The notes: generated from the letters alone by a model not told the origin. A stretch of DNA of 64,000 nucleotides from an uncultured Phycisphaerales bacterium (GCA_963755915.1 CAVWLP010000002.1:1248001-1312000); one strand, 5' to 3'; counted from the first letter of the stretch, positions 33,372 to 44,244 are shown. Numbers and translations: made by a program.

Positions 33372-34239
33372 TTTCGGCTAAGTTGGCGGCATCGCCGCTG
33401 GCCTGGGCGCGCTTGATCGGCAATTGCCCATCCGGGCCGCCGAGAATGGCGCGGATTTCGATTTGATTGTCGAGGACGCTTGCGTAAACGCCGATGGGGG
33501 AATGACAATCGCAGCGCATGGCGGCGACGATGGCGCGCTCGGCTTCGACGGCGGCACGCTCGCGCGGCTCATCGCAGTCTTCGAGAATCCTTCGCGTTTT
33601 GGTGTCGTTTTTTCGGCACTGAAGCGCCAGGCCGCCCTGCCCCGGCGCCGGCAGCATAACCTCGGGGGGAATCGAAAACATGATGCCTGGATCGAATAGC
33701 CCCGCGCGGCGCAGACCCGCGAGGGCGAGGATCGTCGCGTCGAATTCGCCGGCGCGGAGTTTTTTGATTCGGGTGTCGATATTTCCGCGCAGGGGGGCGA
33801 AGCGCAGATCGCTCCTGCGGGCGAGGAGCTGGCATTTCCGGCGGAGACTGCCGACAGCCACGGTTGCGCGGGGGGGCAGTTCGTCAATGGTGGCGGCTTT
33901 TTCACAGATCAATGCATCGCGCGCTTCCTCGCGCATGGTGATGGCTGCGATGACCAACTCCGATTCATCCACAAGGGGCATGGTCACCGGCATGTCCTTG
34001 CAACTGTGGACGGCGAAGTCGATGCGGTCCTCCAGCAGGGCCAGTTCCAGTTCCTTGATGAACAGCCCCTTGCCCCCTTCTTCGTAGAGGGGGCGATCGA
34101 TGATCTGGTCACCGGTCGTTTTTATGATGACCGATTCGAATTCGAGATACGGGTGACGGATGTTGATGAGCCTCTGCACGAGCATGGCCTGCATGCGGGC
34201 GAGCAAACTTCCGCGGGTTCCAAGACGAAGGCGAGGCAT
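33340..34239 (-). CDS. hemC: Hydroxymethylbilane synthase
   Basis: GTRGSLLA, GKGLFIKELE, VHSCKD, RGNIDTR, PAPGQG. Confidence 0.95.
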   Translation of the reverse strand: MPRLRLGTRGSLLARMQAMLVQRLINIRHPYLEFESVIIKTTGDQIIDRPLYEEGGKGLFIKELELALLEDRIDFAVHSCKDMPVTMPLVDESELVIAAITMREEARDALICEKAATIDELPPRATVAVGSLRRKCQLLARRSDLRFAPLRGNIDTRIKKLRAGEFDATILALAGLRRAGLFDPGIMFSIPPEVMLPAPGQGGLALQCRKNDTKTRRILEDCDEPRERAAVEAERAIVAAMRCDCHSPIGVYASVLDNQIEIRAILGGPDGQLPIKRAQASGDAANLAEIISRIVRQLS

Positions 34240-34257
34240 CCGCGTATCTTATAGCCA

Positions 34258-35184
34258 ATGGGCGAAAGAGTATTCGTTACCGGCGGCAGCGGTTTCGTCG
34301 GCTCGGCAGTTTTGCAGGAGCTTTCGCGGCGGAATATTCCGGCAACGGCGCTGGTGAATCGGCGGAATCTCCCGGCCGCCGGCGGGGATGTTGTCAGCTT
34401 CAAGGGGGATATATTTGATCCCGGGTCGCTCGGCAGGGGGATGAAAGATTGCAGCGCGTTGATTCACCTGGTGGGGATCATCTTTGAGAAACCGGGGGAG
34501 GGGATCACCTCTGAGCGGATGCATGTCGAGTCGACGCGAAGGGTCGTCGAGGCGGCGAAGAAGGCCGGGATCCGGCGGTTTATGCACATGTCGGCCCTGG
34601 GCGTCCGGCCGGAGGCGGTGAGCGACTATCACAAAACCAAGTGGCGTGGCGAGGAGATCGTCCGGACCAGCGGGTTGGATTGGACGATCTTTCGGCCCTC
34701 GATGATTCATGGACCCGCCGGCGAATTTATGAAGATGGAGGCCAGGTGGGCCAGGAAGCAGGCGCCGCCTTTTTTGTTCATGCCTTATTTCGGGGCGGGG
34801 ATTTTTGGGACGGGAGGGGCGGGATTGATCCAGCCGGTTTATGTGCGCGATGTCGCCAGGGCGTTTGTGGAGGCGGTGGGGAACGGCAAGAGCGTTTCAA
34901 AAGCGTATCCGCTGGCCGGCAAGGCACGGCTGAGTTGGCCGCAGATGCATCGGCTGGCGAGTGGGGCGATCGTCGGTAAACCCCGGCTGGCGCTGGGGAT
35001 TCCGGCGTGGTACGGCAGGGTTTTGACGTCGGTGGTTCCGCGGGCGCTGCTGCCGTTCAATCGCGATCAAATTGTGATGAGTCAGGAGGATAACACCGCG
35101 AATATGGCGGAGTTTATATCTGATTTCGGTTGGGAACCGGCGGATTTTGCCGGCACGTTGCGTGAATATGTGGATAAGTTGTGA
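34258..35184 (+). CDS. NAD(P)-binding SDR protein (NDUFA9-like)
   Basis: VTGGSGFVG, HMSALG, YHKTK, RPSMIHG. Confidence 0.88.
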   Translation: MGERVFVTGGSGFVGSAVLQELSRRNIPATALVNRRNLPAAGGDVVSFKGDIFDPGSLGRGMKDCSALIHLVGIIFEKPGEGITSERMHVESTRRVVEAAKKAGIRRFMHMSALGVRPEAVSDYHKTKWRGEEIVRTSGLDWTIFRPSMIHGPAGEFMKMEARWARKQAPPFLFMPYFGAGIFGTGGAGLIQPVYVRDVARAFVEAVGNGKSVSKAYPLAGKARLSWPQMHRLASGAIVGKPRLALGIPAWYGRVLTSVVPRALLPFNRDQIVMSQEDNTANMAEFISDFGWEPADFAGTLREYVDKL

Positions 35185-35326
35185 TCGCCCTGTCGCGCCG
35201 ATTGGCCGTTTTTTGTGGTTAATAAATTTTTCCAAATACTGAGGATTTCCCGCTGGCGAACACCTTAAGCTTGGTTATGTTGCCACTCTGGCTGCAGGGA
35301 ATGGGAACAGGGAAGCAGAGCAACGA

Positions 35327-36601
35327 ATGTCCATTGCAGTTGGCGAAGATCCGGTGACAACCGATGCGGTTGCCCCCCACGGCGGTTCAGTTGGCGATCC
35401 AATTGGCGATCCAATTGATCGGGCCGTGGCCCGCGACAATTCGACGGCGTCGCCGCACTTTGAGTGGATCGACGCTTTGCGCGGCTGGGCGTTTCTGGGG
35501 GTGCTGGTTTGTCATGTTAGCCAGAAAGTCGGCGGCAGCCTGCCGGGGTGGCTGGGGTTTTGGGCGTCGAGCGGGCGCTTTGGGGTGCAGCTTTTTTATA
35601 TCGTCTCGTGCCTGACGCTCTTTATGTCGCTGGATTCGCGCATGCATCGGGAGGCGCGGCCGATCGCGGCGTTTTTTATCCGCCGGTTCTTCCGAATCGC
35701 TCCGCTCTTCTGGCTGGCGATCATCTTTTACAACGGCGTGCTATGGCATGAATCCGCCGCTTGGGCGCCGCATGGGGTCTCGGCCGCCGACATCGCTTCA
35801 AATGTCATTTTCATGCACGGGTGGCATCCGAGTTCGATCGACTCGGTCGTGCCCGGCGGGTGGTCGATCGCGGTGGAGATGAATTTCTATCTGCTTTTGC
35901 CGATCCTGTTTTTATGGGTGACCAATCTGCGCCGGGCGGTCTGGTGCGCGGCGGTTTTTCTGCTGCTGAGTGTCGGGGCGGACCGGTTTCTGACGCACGT
36001 CATCCAGCCGCACGTGGCGGCGGGGAATCTGGGCGATTTTTATAGCTTCCGGCAATTCTGGCTCCCCAGCCAGCTTCCGATCTTTGCCCTCGGCGCGGTG
36101 CTTTTCCATATCCTGCGGCAGTCGAGGTTGACGCGGGAAAACGGCAGATCGCTGGCGATTCTCCTGGCGATCATCGCGCTCTTTCTGGTTGCCAGCGGCC
36201 CTTCGCGATTCGTCCGGCACGATATGACTTTCGCCCTGGCGCTTTTCCTGGGCGCATGGGCCATCGCCCTGCAGCCGGCGCGGCTGCTGGTCAATCGCGT
36301 TACCCGCTACCTGGGAAAGATCAGCTTTAGCGGATATCTGACGCACACGGCGGTGATTCTGCTGGCGATGCGGCTTCTGTATCACGGCTCGCCGCAGGTG
36401 GCGGGGATGGGGAATTTTGCAATCCTGCTGGTCGCGAGCCTGATTCTTACGGTGATCTTCTCGACGGTGACGTATCAACTGGTGGAAGCGCCGGGGCAGG
36501 CGATTGGCAAATGGTTGATCGCCCGCACGGTGAATCGCACGGCGCCCGCAGTGGCGGGAGAGGGGCCACTTACTCTCCCGCAGCTTTCCGCAGCGTCGTA
36601 A
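35327..36601 (+). CDS. Acyltransferase-3 (OafA-like) membrane protein
   Basis: IDALRG, RRFFRIAP, WSIAVEMNFY, LGKISFS. Confidence 0.9.
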   Translation: MSIAVGEDPVTTDAVAPHGGSVGDPIGDPIDRAVARDNSTASPHFEWIDALRGWAFLGVLVCHVSQKVGGSLPGWLGFWASSGRFGVQLFYIVSCLTLFMSLDSRMHREARPIAAFFIRRFFRIAPLFWLAIIFYNGVLWHESAAWAPHGVSAADIASNVIFMHGWHPSSIDSVVPGGWSIAVEMNFYLLLPILFLWVTNLRRAVWCAAVFLLLSVGADRFLTHVIQPHVAAGNLGDFYSFRQFWLPSQLPIFALGAVLFHILRQSRLTRENGRSLAILLAIIALFLVASGPSRFVRHDMTFALALFLGAWAIALQPARLLVNRVTRYLGKISFSGYLTHTAVILLAMRLLYHGSPQVAGMGNFAILLVASLILTVIFSTVTYQLVEAPGQAIGKWLIARTVNRTAPAVAGEGPLTLPQLSAAS

Positions 36602-37418
36602 TCGCCTCGCGCACCAATTCCAATCGCTGTCGGCCTGTTTCCTGCTCGATGACCAGCGGCCCGCTGTATCCGGCCTCGCGAAGCGCCCCGAGAAATTCCC
36701 CCCAGTCCACCTCCCCCTGCCCGACGGGAACCTGCTTTCCCCACTGCACGCCCGGCTCATCGGAGGCGATCGCGTCCTTCACATGCACGTGCCGGATGTG
36801 GCGGTCGAGGACGCGAATGGCCTCGATGGGGTTTCCACTGCCGTAGAGAATCATGTTGGCGGGATCAAAATTCACGCCGGCTTTCCGGCCAGGGAATTCA
36901 TTGGGTAGGTCATTTAGAAACTGGAGTAGCTCGGAAGCGGTTTCCTGGCCGGTTTCCATTGCCAGGGTGACGCCCAACTCGCCCAGCGCCGCGGAAACCT
37001 GGGCGACGCGATCGAGCAGTTTGGGATAGTCCTCGTGATTCGACTGCGGAATGAAGCCGACGTGCGTCGTGAGGACCGAAATTCCCAGCTCGCGGGCGAG
37101 CTTGGCCGCCTGGAGGGTTAGCTGCCGGCGAAGGGTCCAGGCGTCGTCGGGCACGAACCCGCCGGTGGCGCGTATTCTGGCGATGGTGGAATAGTCCTCG
37201 CCGGGGAAGGAGATCATGCCGGCGGTGATGGTCAGGCCGCTGCCGCGCAGGAATCCCAGCTCGCGATGTTTCTGCTTGTCGTCGAGAAACAGGAGGGGGG
37301 CGAGGGCGAGCTGGAGGTGAGAAAGCCCCAGTTCCTTCACGGCGGCAGTAAGGTCAGCCGTTCCTGCGGCATTCAGCGACCAGCTACAGACGCCCAGGTC
37401 GTGCGAGTCGATTTGCAT
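36570..37418 (-). CDS. Sugar phosphate isomerase/epimerase (TIM barrel)
   Basis: ETGQE, NFDPANMILY, HVKDA, GQGEVD, IEQE. Confidence 0.9.
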   Translation of the reverse strand: MQIDSHDLGVCSWSLNAAGTADLTAAVKELGLSHLQLALAPLLFLDDKQKHRELGFLRGSGLTITAGMISFPGEDYSTIARIRATGGFVPDDAWTLRRQLTLQAAKLARELGISVLTTHVGFIPQSNHEDYPKLLDRVAQVSAALGELGVTLAMETGQETASELLQFLNDLPNEFPGRKAGVNFDPANMILYGSGNPIEAIRVLDRHIRHVHVKDAIASDEPGVQWGKQVPVGQGEVDWGEFLGALREAGYSGPLVIEQETGRQRLELVREAITTLRKAAGE

Positions 37419-37489
37419 GGGTGAATTTTAGCGGGGAAGGGGGGAAATGCGGAGGGGGCGGCGAAGCTTTATAACTCGCTTTGATAGTC

Positions 37490-38099
37490 TTAGGATGAAA
37501 TTGGTTCAGCCGAGATTTCCCCGTATTTTTCTGTGCCGAGTGAATAAAAATCAATTGAGATCCCGCTGAGTTGATAACTCTTGCGAAATCTCATCCCGAT
37601 TTTTTCGATGACGCGTTTAGAGGCGGCGTTGCGCGTTGGCGATGGCAACGATATGGGGAAGATGCATCGTCTCGAAGCCAAATCTCAGAAGCGTCGCGGC
37701 CGCTTCGGTCGCGTAGCCCTTGCCCCAGAATGGCTTGGCGAGGCGATAGCCGACTTCGATCACGGGGGCCGGCGGACAAAATTCGGGGCCGATGGCGGCG
37801 ATGTGGGCGGGAGGCAGCACCGAGAGCACCGCCAGCCCAGCGAAGGCGCCGCTTTGGCGCTCGATCACGACCAGCCAGCCCGGAATTCCCGGCGGATGCG
37901 GAAGCGGAATTCCGTGGCGAGCATCGGAGAGGATCGCCTCCAGCCACGCTGCCGCCTGCGATGGAGATTGCGTGTTGCCGTGGCCGATGAATTGCATGAC
38001 TTCAGCGTTGGCGCCGAGGGCGATGAAATCTTCCAGATCGCCGGGGGACGCTGGCCGCAGGATTAGGCGGGGGGTGGCGAAAGTTGGGATTTTGGGCAT
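37490..38099 (-). CDS. RimJ/RimL-type GNAT acetyltransferase (indel near 37620)
   Basis: TPRLILR, EVGYRL, WGKGYATEA, NAASKRVIEKIG. Confidence 0.85.
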
Positions 38100-38316
38100 C
38101 GAAGCCGCGGATTATACCGTGGGGCCAGGTGCTCAGCCTTATGTTCCTGCCGCGCGATTACGAAAGGGTGTGGCGCTCATTTGTGGTCCGGCCCCCCGAC
38201 TCTCCCCTCTTCGAGCCTGAGCCTCAGAGCCGAAGGCCGGAGTACGACTTGTCATTACCCACATTTATTGGCGCGAAACGGCCGAAGTTATATCGAAAAA
38301 AGAAGGAAGTGTATTT

Positions 38317-38430
38317 TCGGTTATGGTTTGCGTGACGAGAAGGTTCGTTGGCTCGAATATAAAACGCGGTTCCGCCGCGATGGCACATGGCTCTCCCGGT
38401 GACGTTCGGTGCGGCCTTGAGGTGTTGGGC
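38317..38430 (+). repeat. 114-bp dispersed structured repeat, copy 3
   Basis: Ungapped alignment to the other three copies. Confidence 0.9.
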
Positions 38431-38726
38431 AAGGAGTCGCCGCAGGCCCCATCCGCCTGGAAATATCACCCCATTTAGATACGGAGCGAGAGTTTCGGAT
38501 TTATCGGGCTTGGTCCGTAAATCGGGCTAATAATTTGCCGGAATTCACCTTCCGTTCACCGAATTCATAAACTGAACCAGTCGACTACCGATCAATACGA
38601 TAGTTTGCCACACCCGTGGCCGAATCTCGCCGATTCATTGCTTATGGAAACCTGGGAACCCATCGGCACCAATGTAAAGCGGCCGCGGGGGGTCTGAAAA
38701 CTCGAACCCGGATGATTGTGGGAGCT

Positions 38727-39581
38727 ATGACTCAGGTTACAGAAGTAAAAGACGCGGCGGATATTTTCCTGGATCAGCATGGCACCATTCAGGCGCTGCC
38801 GGAGACGGCGATCCAGCTCATTCAACTATTCCGCGATCCCAATTGCAGTGCCGGCCAGCTTCTGAAAGTCATTCAGAAGGACGCGGCGCTTTCCGCCAAA
38901 GTGATCAAGACGGTCAACAGCGCCTTTTACGGGCTGGAGACCAAGATCACCAACCTGCAGTGCGCGATGGCCTACATGGGCGTGAAGACGGTGAAGGAAG
39001 TGACGCTGGCTTCGTCGATGACCCAGGGGCGAAAGCCAACCGTCATCGGGCAATTTTCCACCACCGACCTTTGGGATCACAGCCTGGCGGTTGCGGTTTT
39101 TGTGCGCGAGCTTGCGGTGCGAACAAATGGGGCGGATCCGGAGGACGCCTTTCTGGCCGGGATGCTTCACGACGTTGGGTTGCTGTTCGAAGCGCAGCTC
39201 GAGCCCAAGATATGCGAGGGGATTTTCGCCGGCGCCGCGGCCGGGCAAAACTCGCTGGTCGATCTGGAAGAAGCGACGTTTAAGTTCAACCACTGCCATC
39301 TCGGCGAAAAAATCAGCATTCGCTGGAGATTTCCCGAGGACGTGATATGCGTCACCCGCTGGCACCACGTGCCCGAGCTGTCGCCCGAGGAACACCAGGC
39401 GATCTGCCGGCTGGTCTACGTCGCGGATCACGCCTGCTGCACAGCCGGCGTCGGTTTCGCGCTGACGTGCGCAAAGGATCCGCTGCCCGACGATGTCCTC
39501 GTGGCGGTGAATGTGACGCGAGAATCGCTGGACGAGCTGATCGCCAAGCTGCCGGTGCTGCTGCGATTGCATCGGAATTAA
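38727..39581 (+). CDS. HDOD domain protein
   Basis: NSAFYG, LWDHS, AGMLHDVG, WRFP, WHH. Confidence 0.9.
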   Translation: MTQVTEVKDAADIFLDQHGTIQALPETAIQLIQLFRDPNCSAGQLLKVIQKDAALSAKVIKTVNSAFYGLETKITNLQCAMAYMGVKTVKEVTLASSMTQGRKPTVIGQFSTTDLWDHSLAVAVFVRELAVRTNGADPEDAFLAGMLHDVGLLFEAQLEPKICEGIFAGAAAGQNSLVDLEEATFKFNHCHLGEKISIRWRFPEDVICVTRWHHVPELSPEEHQAICRLVYVADHACCTAGVGFALTCAKDPLPDDVLVAVNVTRESLDELIAKLPVLLRLHRN

Positions 39582-39655
39582 AAGTTCCATCGCCCCTGGC
39601 CAACCCCCTCCGCTTGACGCTCACTTCGCCCCCTCTAGAATGGATGCGATAATCC

Positions 39656-39726
39656 GGGGCGATGGTCTAACGGGATGACGGCTGAATCGCATTCAGCAAA
39701 TCGGGGTTCGATTCCCCGTCGCTCCA
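39656..39726 (+). tRNA. tRNA-Ala (anticodon CGC)
   Basis: Acceptor stem GGGGCGA/TCGCTCC with G3:U70 and A73; anticodon arm GCTGA-ATCGCAT-TCAGC; T arm CGGGG-TTCGATT-CCCCG. CCA not encoded. Confidence 0.9.
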
Positions 39727-40173
39727 CTCTGTTGCAGTCAGGTGAGTTTTACCACAAGACGCCGCGCGTGAAATTTCACGCGCGGCGTTGACGTGGGCAA
39801 AGGAACCTTGATCTACAACAAGTTTCCACGCTCCGCGTGGTTCCCACTGTAAGCGACGGTCGTTCAATTGAAGGTTCGAACCGACTTTTTCGAGCATATC
39901 TCTCAATTCTTGCGGATTACGTCGCTTGGCGACGTATTTCATTTGTTTAGAGCCATTTACGAACCGAGTGATCGGTTCGAACCGCAAAACGTCATCGCGG
40001 TCAAGAGCGATGAGCCCGTCTTGTAGTTTGCGTTTGGCGTCGATCGCCTCCGCCTTCCGTTTTCGGAACTCGGCCGCCGAAAAATGCCCGCATCGAGGTA
40101 TGCCGCCGTGAGGCGATCCAGTTTTCGGTCAAGGGTTGCGATCTCCGCTTCCGCTTTGCGTCGAGCGTCTTGG
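39667..40173 (-). pseudogene. C-terminal remnant of a probable large serine recombinase, reading antisense into the tRNA
   Basis: Coiled-coil LDRKLDRLTAAYLD...EFRKRK, LEKVGSNL, ends WSDGESNP within the tRNA. The catalytic N-terminus is absent. Confidence 0.65.
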
Positions 40174-40764
40174 ATGTTCAACTATGTTTCGCTTTGCCGG
40201 AAAATCGCCGAAATCGGACACCCCGACTTCATGGTCGGGATTCCCGTCTATTCCGACCTCGCCGAGCGACACGATTTCGTCGTACAGGCCAAGGGAGCAT
40301 TCGACCAAACAGTTCGGGGTATCATCAACCTCAAGCGATTTGGTATCAGAGTGGAGGTTCGCGTGGTGCTTCACCGTCAGACGGTGGATCGGTTGCCCCA
40401 ATTGGCCCGATTTCTCGCCCGTAACCTTCCGTTTGTCGATCATATTGCCCTGATGGGGCTAGAGCCGATGGGTTATGTGAAGATGAATTGGGATATGCTT
40501 TGGATCGATCCATTCGATTACCAGCCGCAGCTTGTCGCAGCGATTCGGCACCTCGCCGGCGCAAGAATGAAAGTATCGATTTACAACCACCAGCTTTGCG
40601 TCCTTGATCGAGAGCTTTGGCCATTCGCAAGAAAGAGCATTTCAGACTGGAAAAATGAGTATTTTGAGCCTTGTCAAAACTGCTTGGTGAAGGAGAAATG
40701 CGGTGGATTCTTTGCTTCGGCTAAGACGAGATTCAGCGATCACATATCTACGATATCTTGGTAG
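40174..40764 (+). pseudogene. hxsC: C-terminal half of His-Xaa-Ser system radical SAM maturase HxsC
   Basis: HDFVVQAKGAFDQT, RNLPFVDHIALMGLE, WIDP, SISDWKN, C..C....CGGFF. The N-terminal CxxxCxxC is missing. Confidence 0.8.
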
Positions 40765-40912
40765 CTCAATAACAACGGCGCCGGTTTAGTACAAGAAAGC
40801 CAGTGAGGACGGGAAAAAACGCAACCGCCGCGTATTCGCCGAAGTCAGATCCGTAATTCTTGGACTTCCCTAGCAACCTTCGGTAGAATTTTGTCGTTTT
40901 CGAGGGAGAAAA

Positions 40913-41827
40913 GTGGCCAAACCTTTCGTGATTGTGCTTGTGATTTTGCTGGTCGCTGATTTCGCGGCCTGCGCTGCGCCAAATACAATCAGCACGGGGT
41001 ACGATAAATTCAAAGACCAGACGACCGTTTCAACTCCACTGGTTAATCAGCGGGCCAAGCCGGGCGGTGACCCATGGCTTATCCGCGTTTCGGCGGCCTA
41101 TAGCTATCCCGGTCAATCGCTCACGTCGCCGCCAGACGGAGCGACAATCACTGTCGTTACATGGAGTAAGAACGGATTATGCTTCGATGGTCAAAAGGAT
41201 TCACTTGTTGCCAATATTGATTGTGATAGAGATAGGTCAACGGCCGCCATTCAAAGTTACGACGGGAAACTGTCTCAGGGGCTCGTATCGAGGGCGGGGG
41301 CCCAGGGAATGGAAACAGTAGAAGATGATAACTACATCGAGACGCTTACCTTTCAGATACCCGCCGAAGTCTTCGCGAAAATGGCGTACAGCAGTCAAGC
41401 CGGAATGGAGATCGGCGATTGCCAAATCGAATTCAATGTCGACCTATTGGATTTTATGAAGCAACTGGCCGTGTTGGGTCGATTCGGGAGACGCATACCT
41501 TCTCTGTCGTCAGCAGCCGCACTTCCAACAACAATGCCTACAAGTCAACCTTCCACCGCAAACGGTCCGGTGCTCGCTGCCTACCGGCAGGCGATGGAGA
41601 AATGTATTGAGAAGTTGTCCAACACCGATGAATACAAGTCCGCAAAAGCGGCGGTTGATCAGGCAACACAAGCGCGAAATTCGGCATCAGATGAGGACAT
41701 CCCAGCCGCCGCCCAAAAACTACTTGAGGCGAGGACAAGGCTGCATCAGCTTGAACGGGATGCTTGCGACGCCGATCCCGACGTTCAAAAAGCTAAATCT
41801 TCCATATCTCAAGCACCACAAAATTAA
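40913..41827 (+). CDS. Secreted hypothetical protein
   Basis: RBS GGAG, signal peptide, YDKFKDQT start, PTSQPS linker, helical C-terminus. Confidence 0.7.
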   Translation: MAKPFVIVLVILLVADFAACAAPNTISTGYDKFKDQTTVSTPLVNQRAKPGGDPWLIRVSAAYSYPGQSLTSPPDGATITVVTWSKNGLCFDGQKDSLVANIDCDRDRSTAAIQSYDGKLSQGLVSRAGAQGMETVEDDNYIETLTFQIPAEVFAKMAYSSQAGMEIGDCQIEFNVDLLDFMKQLAVLGRFGRRIPSLSSAAALPTTMPTSQPSTANGPVLAAYRQAMEKCIEKLSNTDEYKSAKAAVDQATQARNSASDEDIPAAAQKLLEARTRLHQLERDACDADPDVQKAKSSISQAPQN

Positions 41828-42029
41828 CGTCGCTTTATTGTGCGGGCGCATTGCGCGATTCGGTTGATCGGCGTCGCTGATCACTGCCTTCCGATCATGA
41901 AGTGGGTGGAGTTAAGACGGGATTGTACCGAAAATCTCGCGAGAACGACAGGCGGCGATGAACAAGTTATCGGCCCTCTGCAATCAGCCTCCCAATTGAC
42001 AGACCGCCGCAGGGGTGTAGCTTTTTCTT

Positions 42030-42926
42030 ATGGAAAGCGAATTAGCCAATTCTTCCGAGCCACGACCGGAACTGACTGACGACCCGCACAATCAGCTTGA
42101 TCGAGCGATCGGCGCCGGGAAAAGCAGCCGTTGGATTCGAATTGTGATTCAATCGGTGGCGGGCGCTATTTCGGCCGCCACCGGCGGCTTTTCGTCACTT
42201 ATGGCGGGGGCTGCCGCGGGCGGGGTTTCGGGCTTGACGGGAGCTTGGTCGGAACATGAACAGCAGCGAATCAATCAATTGCTGGCCGAATGCGTTCGTC
42301 TGGAAAAGAAACAAATTGAAGATGTGAAGGACAATGTCCTGCAGATCATGACGCGGCTTAATCTTGACGACGACGCCATCGCCACCCGGGTCGAAAGTCC
42401 CGAGTACCAGAATATGCTGCGACGTGCGTTTCGGCTCTGGACATTCGTTGAAAGCGAAGAACGGCGGGAGTACCTACGCCGGCTATTGACACACGCCGGC
42501 GATCCGCGAATCAAAGAAGACGACTTCATTCGCCTCTTTATCGACTGGATCGGAAGATACAGTGAATTGCACTTCCACGTGATTCGCGAACTCCATCAGC
42601 ACCCCGGCTCAACGCGGGCGGAAATGTGGCAGGCGATCCACGGCGCGGATGTGCGAGAAGATTCAAAAGAGGCAGATATATTCAAATGTTTGATCAGCGA
42701 CCTGAGCATCGGGCACGTCATTCGCCAGGAGCGGCAAACAGACCATCAGGGGAATTTCCTGAAACAGCCGCGTCAGAAGACGCCGCGAGGTTACGCTTCG
42801 CCCTACATGACATCCGCCTTTGAGGACTCAAAGTCATACTATTTGACGGCGATCGGCACTGAGTTCGTGCACTTCACGATGACCGAACTCGTTCCTAAGA
42901 TCGAAGATTCAGCACCCAATACGTGA
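42030..42926 (+). CDS. Hypothetical island protein (possible Abi-alpha-like)
   Basis: 298-aa ORF with a Gly/Ala-rich segment, EERREYLRRLL and C-terminal LTAIGTEF. Confidence 0.65.
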   Translation: MESELANSSEPRPELTDDPHNQLDRAIGAGKSSRWIRIVIQSVAGAISAATGGFSSLMAGAAAGGVSGLTGAWSEHEQQRINQLLAECVRLEKKQIEDVKDNVLQIMTRLNLDDDAIATRVESPEYQNMLRRAFRLWTFVESEERREYLRRLLTHAGDPRIKEDDFIRLFIDWIGRYSELHFHVIRELHQHPGSTRAEMWQAIHGADVREDSKEADIFKCLISDLSIGHVIRQERQTDHQGNFLKQPRQKTPRGYASPYMTSAFEDSKSYYLTAIGTEFVHFTMTELVPKIEDSAPNT

Positions 42927-42931
42927 CGCGA

Positions 42932-43159
42932 TCAGCCTCGCACTACTCGCTTGACAGTCGCAATACTCGGCTTAATCGGCTCGGCAGGAGTAAGCGTCGC
43001 CAGATCGAAAGCCTCCTGTATTTTGTTAGCGCCGGCGAACCACACACAGAGGGCGGCGTCATCGCGACCGCTATGGGCGTAGTCGCCGATATCTTGAATC
43101 GTCATAACAGGCCCGCCGCTTTTCAGTCGAACGGTATCACCTTTCTTGAACTCCGACAT
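42932..43159 (-). CDS. YodC/DUF2158 family protein
   Basis: FKKGDTVRLKSGGPVMT...CVWF. Confidence 0.85.
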   Translation of the reverse strand: MSEFKKGDTVRLKSGGPVMTIQDIGDYAHSGRDDAALCVWFAGANKIQEAFDLATLTPAEPIKPSIATVKRVVRG

Positions 43160-43269
43160 AGAATTCTCCCGATTTGGATTCCTTTGATGATTCGACAATC
43201 AGCATTCGTGGTGAGATTTTAGGATGCAGGTTGGGTATATTTCCGCAGAATAAAACCGGAGGCACTCAA

Positions 43270-43485
43270 ATGGCTAAAAGAGTCACGAGAATCGAGACGC
43301 CGCGGCCTCAGCAATTGCCGCCAGGAATGTCGGAGCAGGAAGCGATCGCGGCAGGTTGGAAAAGAGCACACACTACGGATGGGATAAAGTGGCTGGCACC
43401 AGACGGGGTAAAAAAGGCAACCAAAACAGCCCGAAAGATGAAAGCCGAGGATTTGCGAGAGCAACGAAAGAAAAAATCAATATAA
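43270..43485 (+). CDS. Small basic hypothetical protein
   Basis: GGAGG RBS then MAKRVTRIETPRP...; followed by a hairpin. Confidence 0.55.
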   Translation: MAKRVTRIETPRPQQLPPGMSEQEAIAAGWKRAHTTDGIKWLAPDGVKKATKTARKMKAEDLREQRKKKSI

Positions 43486-44004
43486 CCCCCGGGGGAGGCA
43501 CTCCGGCGGGGGTGACGCGAAGCGTCGGGGGTGGGGACGCCCCAGCAGCCAAACAAAAACAGCCCGCGTTAGCGGGCTGTCTCGTGCAGTAGCTTCTACT
43601 GCTCCTTTTTGACCGGCCTGACACCGCGGATTGCGATGAGGTGCATCTCAATCCTGCCGAGGCGTTTCCGGATGTCGGTCAACTTCTCCTCCACCGTCAC
43701 CGGTTCCGGCTTCGGCGGTTGCTGTTGCGTGTTCATGTTCGTGAATGTTGGCTGATAATTCGACCTTTTCGCCGCCTGCTAATACTCCTTCGGGAGCATG
43801 ACCGTCGTGAATTTCCGGTCGGCGTCGGTGATGACCCAAAATTCCATCCCATCGTCGGTGCGGTAGGCGGAGTTGAGGGCATACCGTGGCAAGCTGTAGA
43901 TGAGGCCAGACCCCCTTCAAGCTGTTCGGGGTCTGGTTTCGTTTTGGCTATGGACGGTTAAGAATTAAAAAAGCCCGCAGAGATGCGAGCTTGGCGGGCA
44001 GGAA

Positions 44005-44244
44005 TTAGGCCTTGATGACGCCGATGGCGATTCGGCCCCCGTCCATCGGCGAAAGAATGAGGCGGGTGTTCCCTGGGCCACCTTCGTGAGACGAGGATCT
44101 GACGAGAACCATGTTCGGGACTTGGTGGCCCAGATCGATATGAATGCGGCCTAATTCCGTCACGATGTCGATCGCATCGAGATCGTTCGGTAATTCGATC
44201 CCCACCCCGTCCCTGGCGCCTTCGATACGTAAAGGTTTCGGCAT
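44005..44244 (-). CDS. Small hypothetical protein
   Basis: AAGGA RBS; 79 aa; terminator-like hairpin downstream. Confidence 0.55.
   Translation of the reverse strand: MPKPLRIEGARDGVGIELPNDLDAIDIVTELGRIHIDLGHQVPNMVLVRSSSHEGGPGNTRLILSPMDGGRIAIGVIKA

Noticed and set aside
39656-39726. tRNA-Cys (GCA seen in the loop)
   Set aside because: Centring the 7-nt loop ATCGCAT gives anticodon CGC, and G3:U70 plus A73 are alanine identity elements.
40084-40764. Intact His-Xaa-Ser RiPP system
   Set aside because: Only the C-terminal half of hxsC is present, with no radical SAM cysteine motif, hxsB, hxsD or His-Xaa-Ser repeat peptide.
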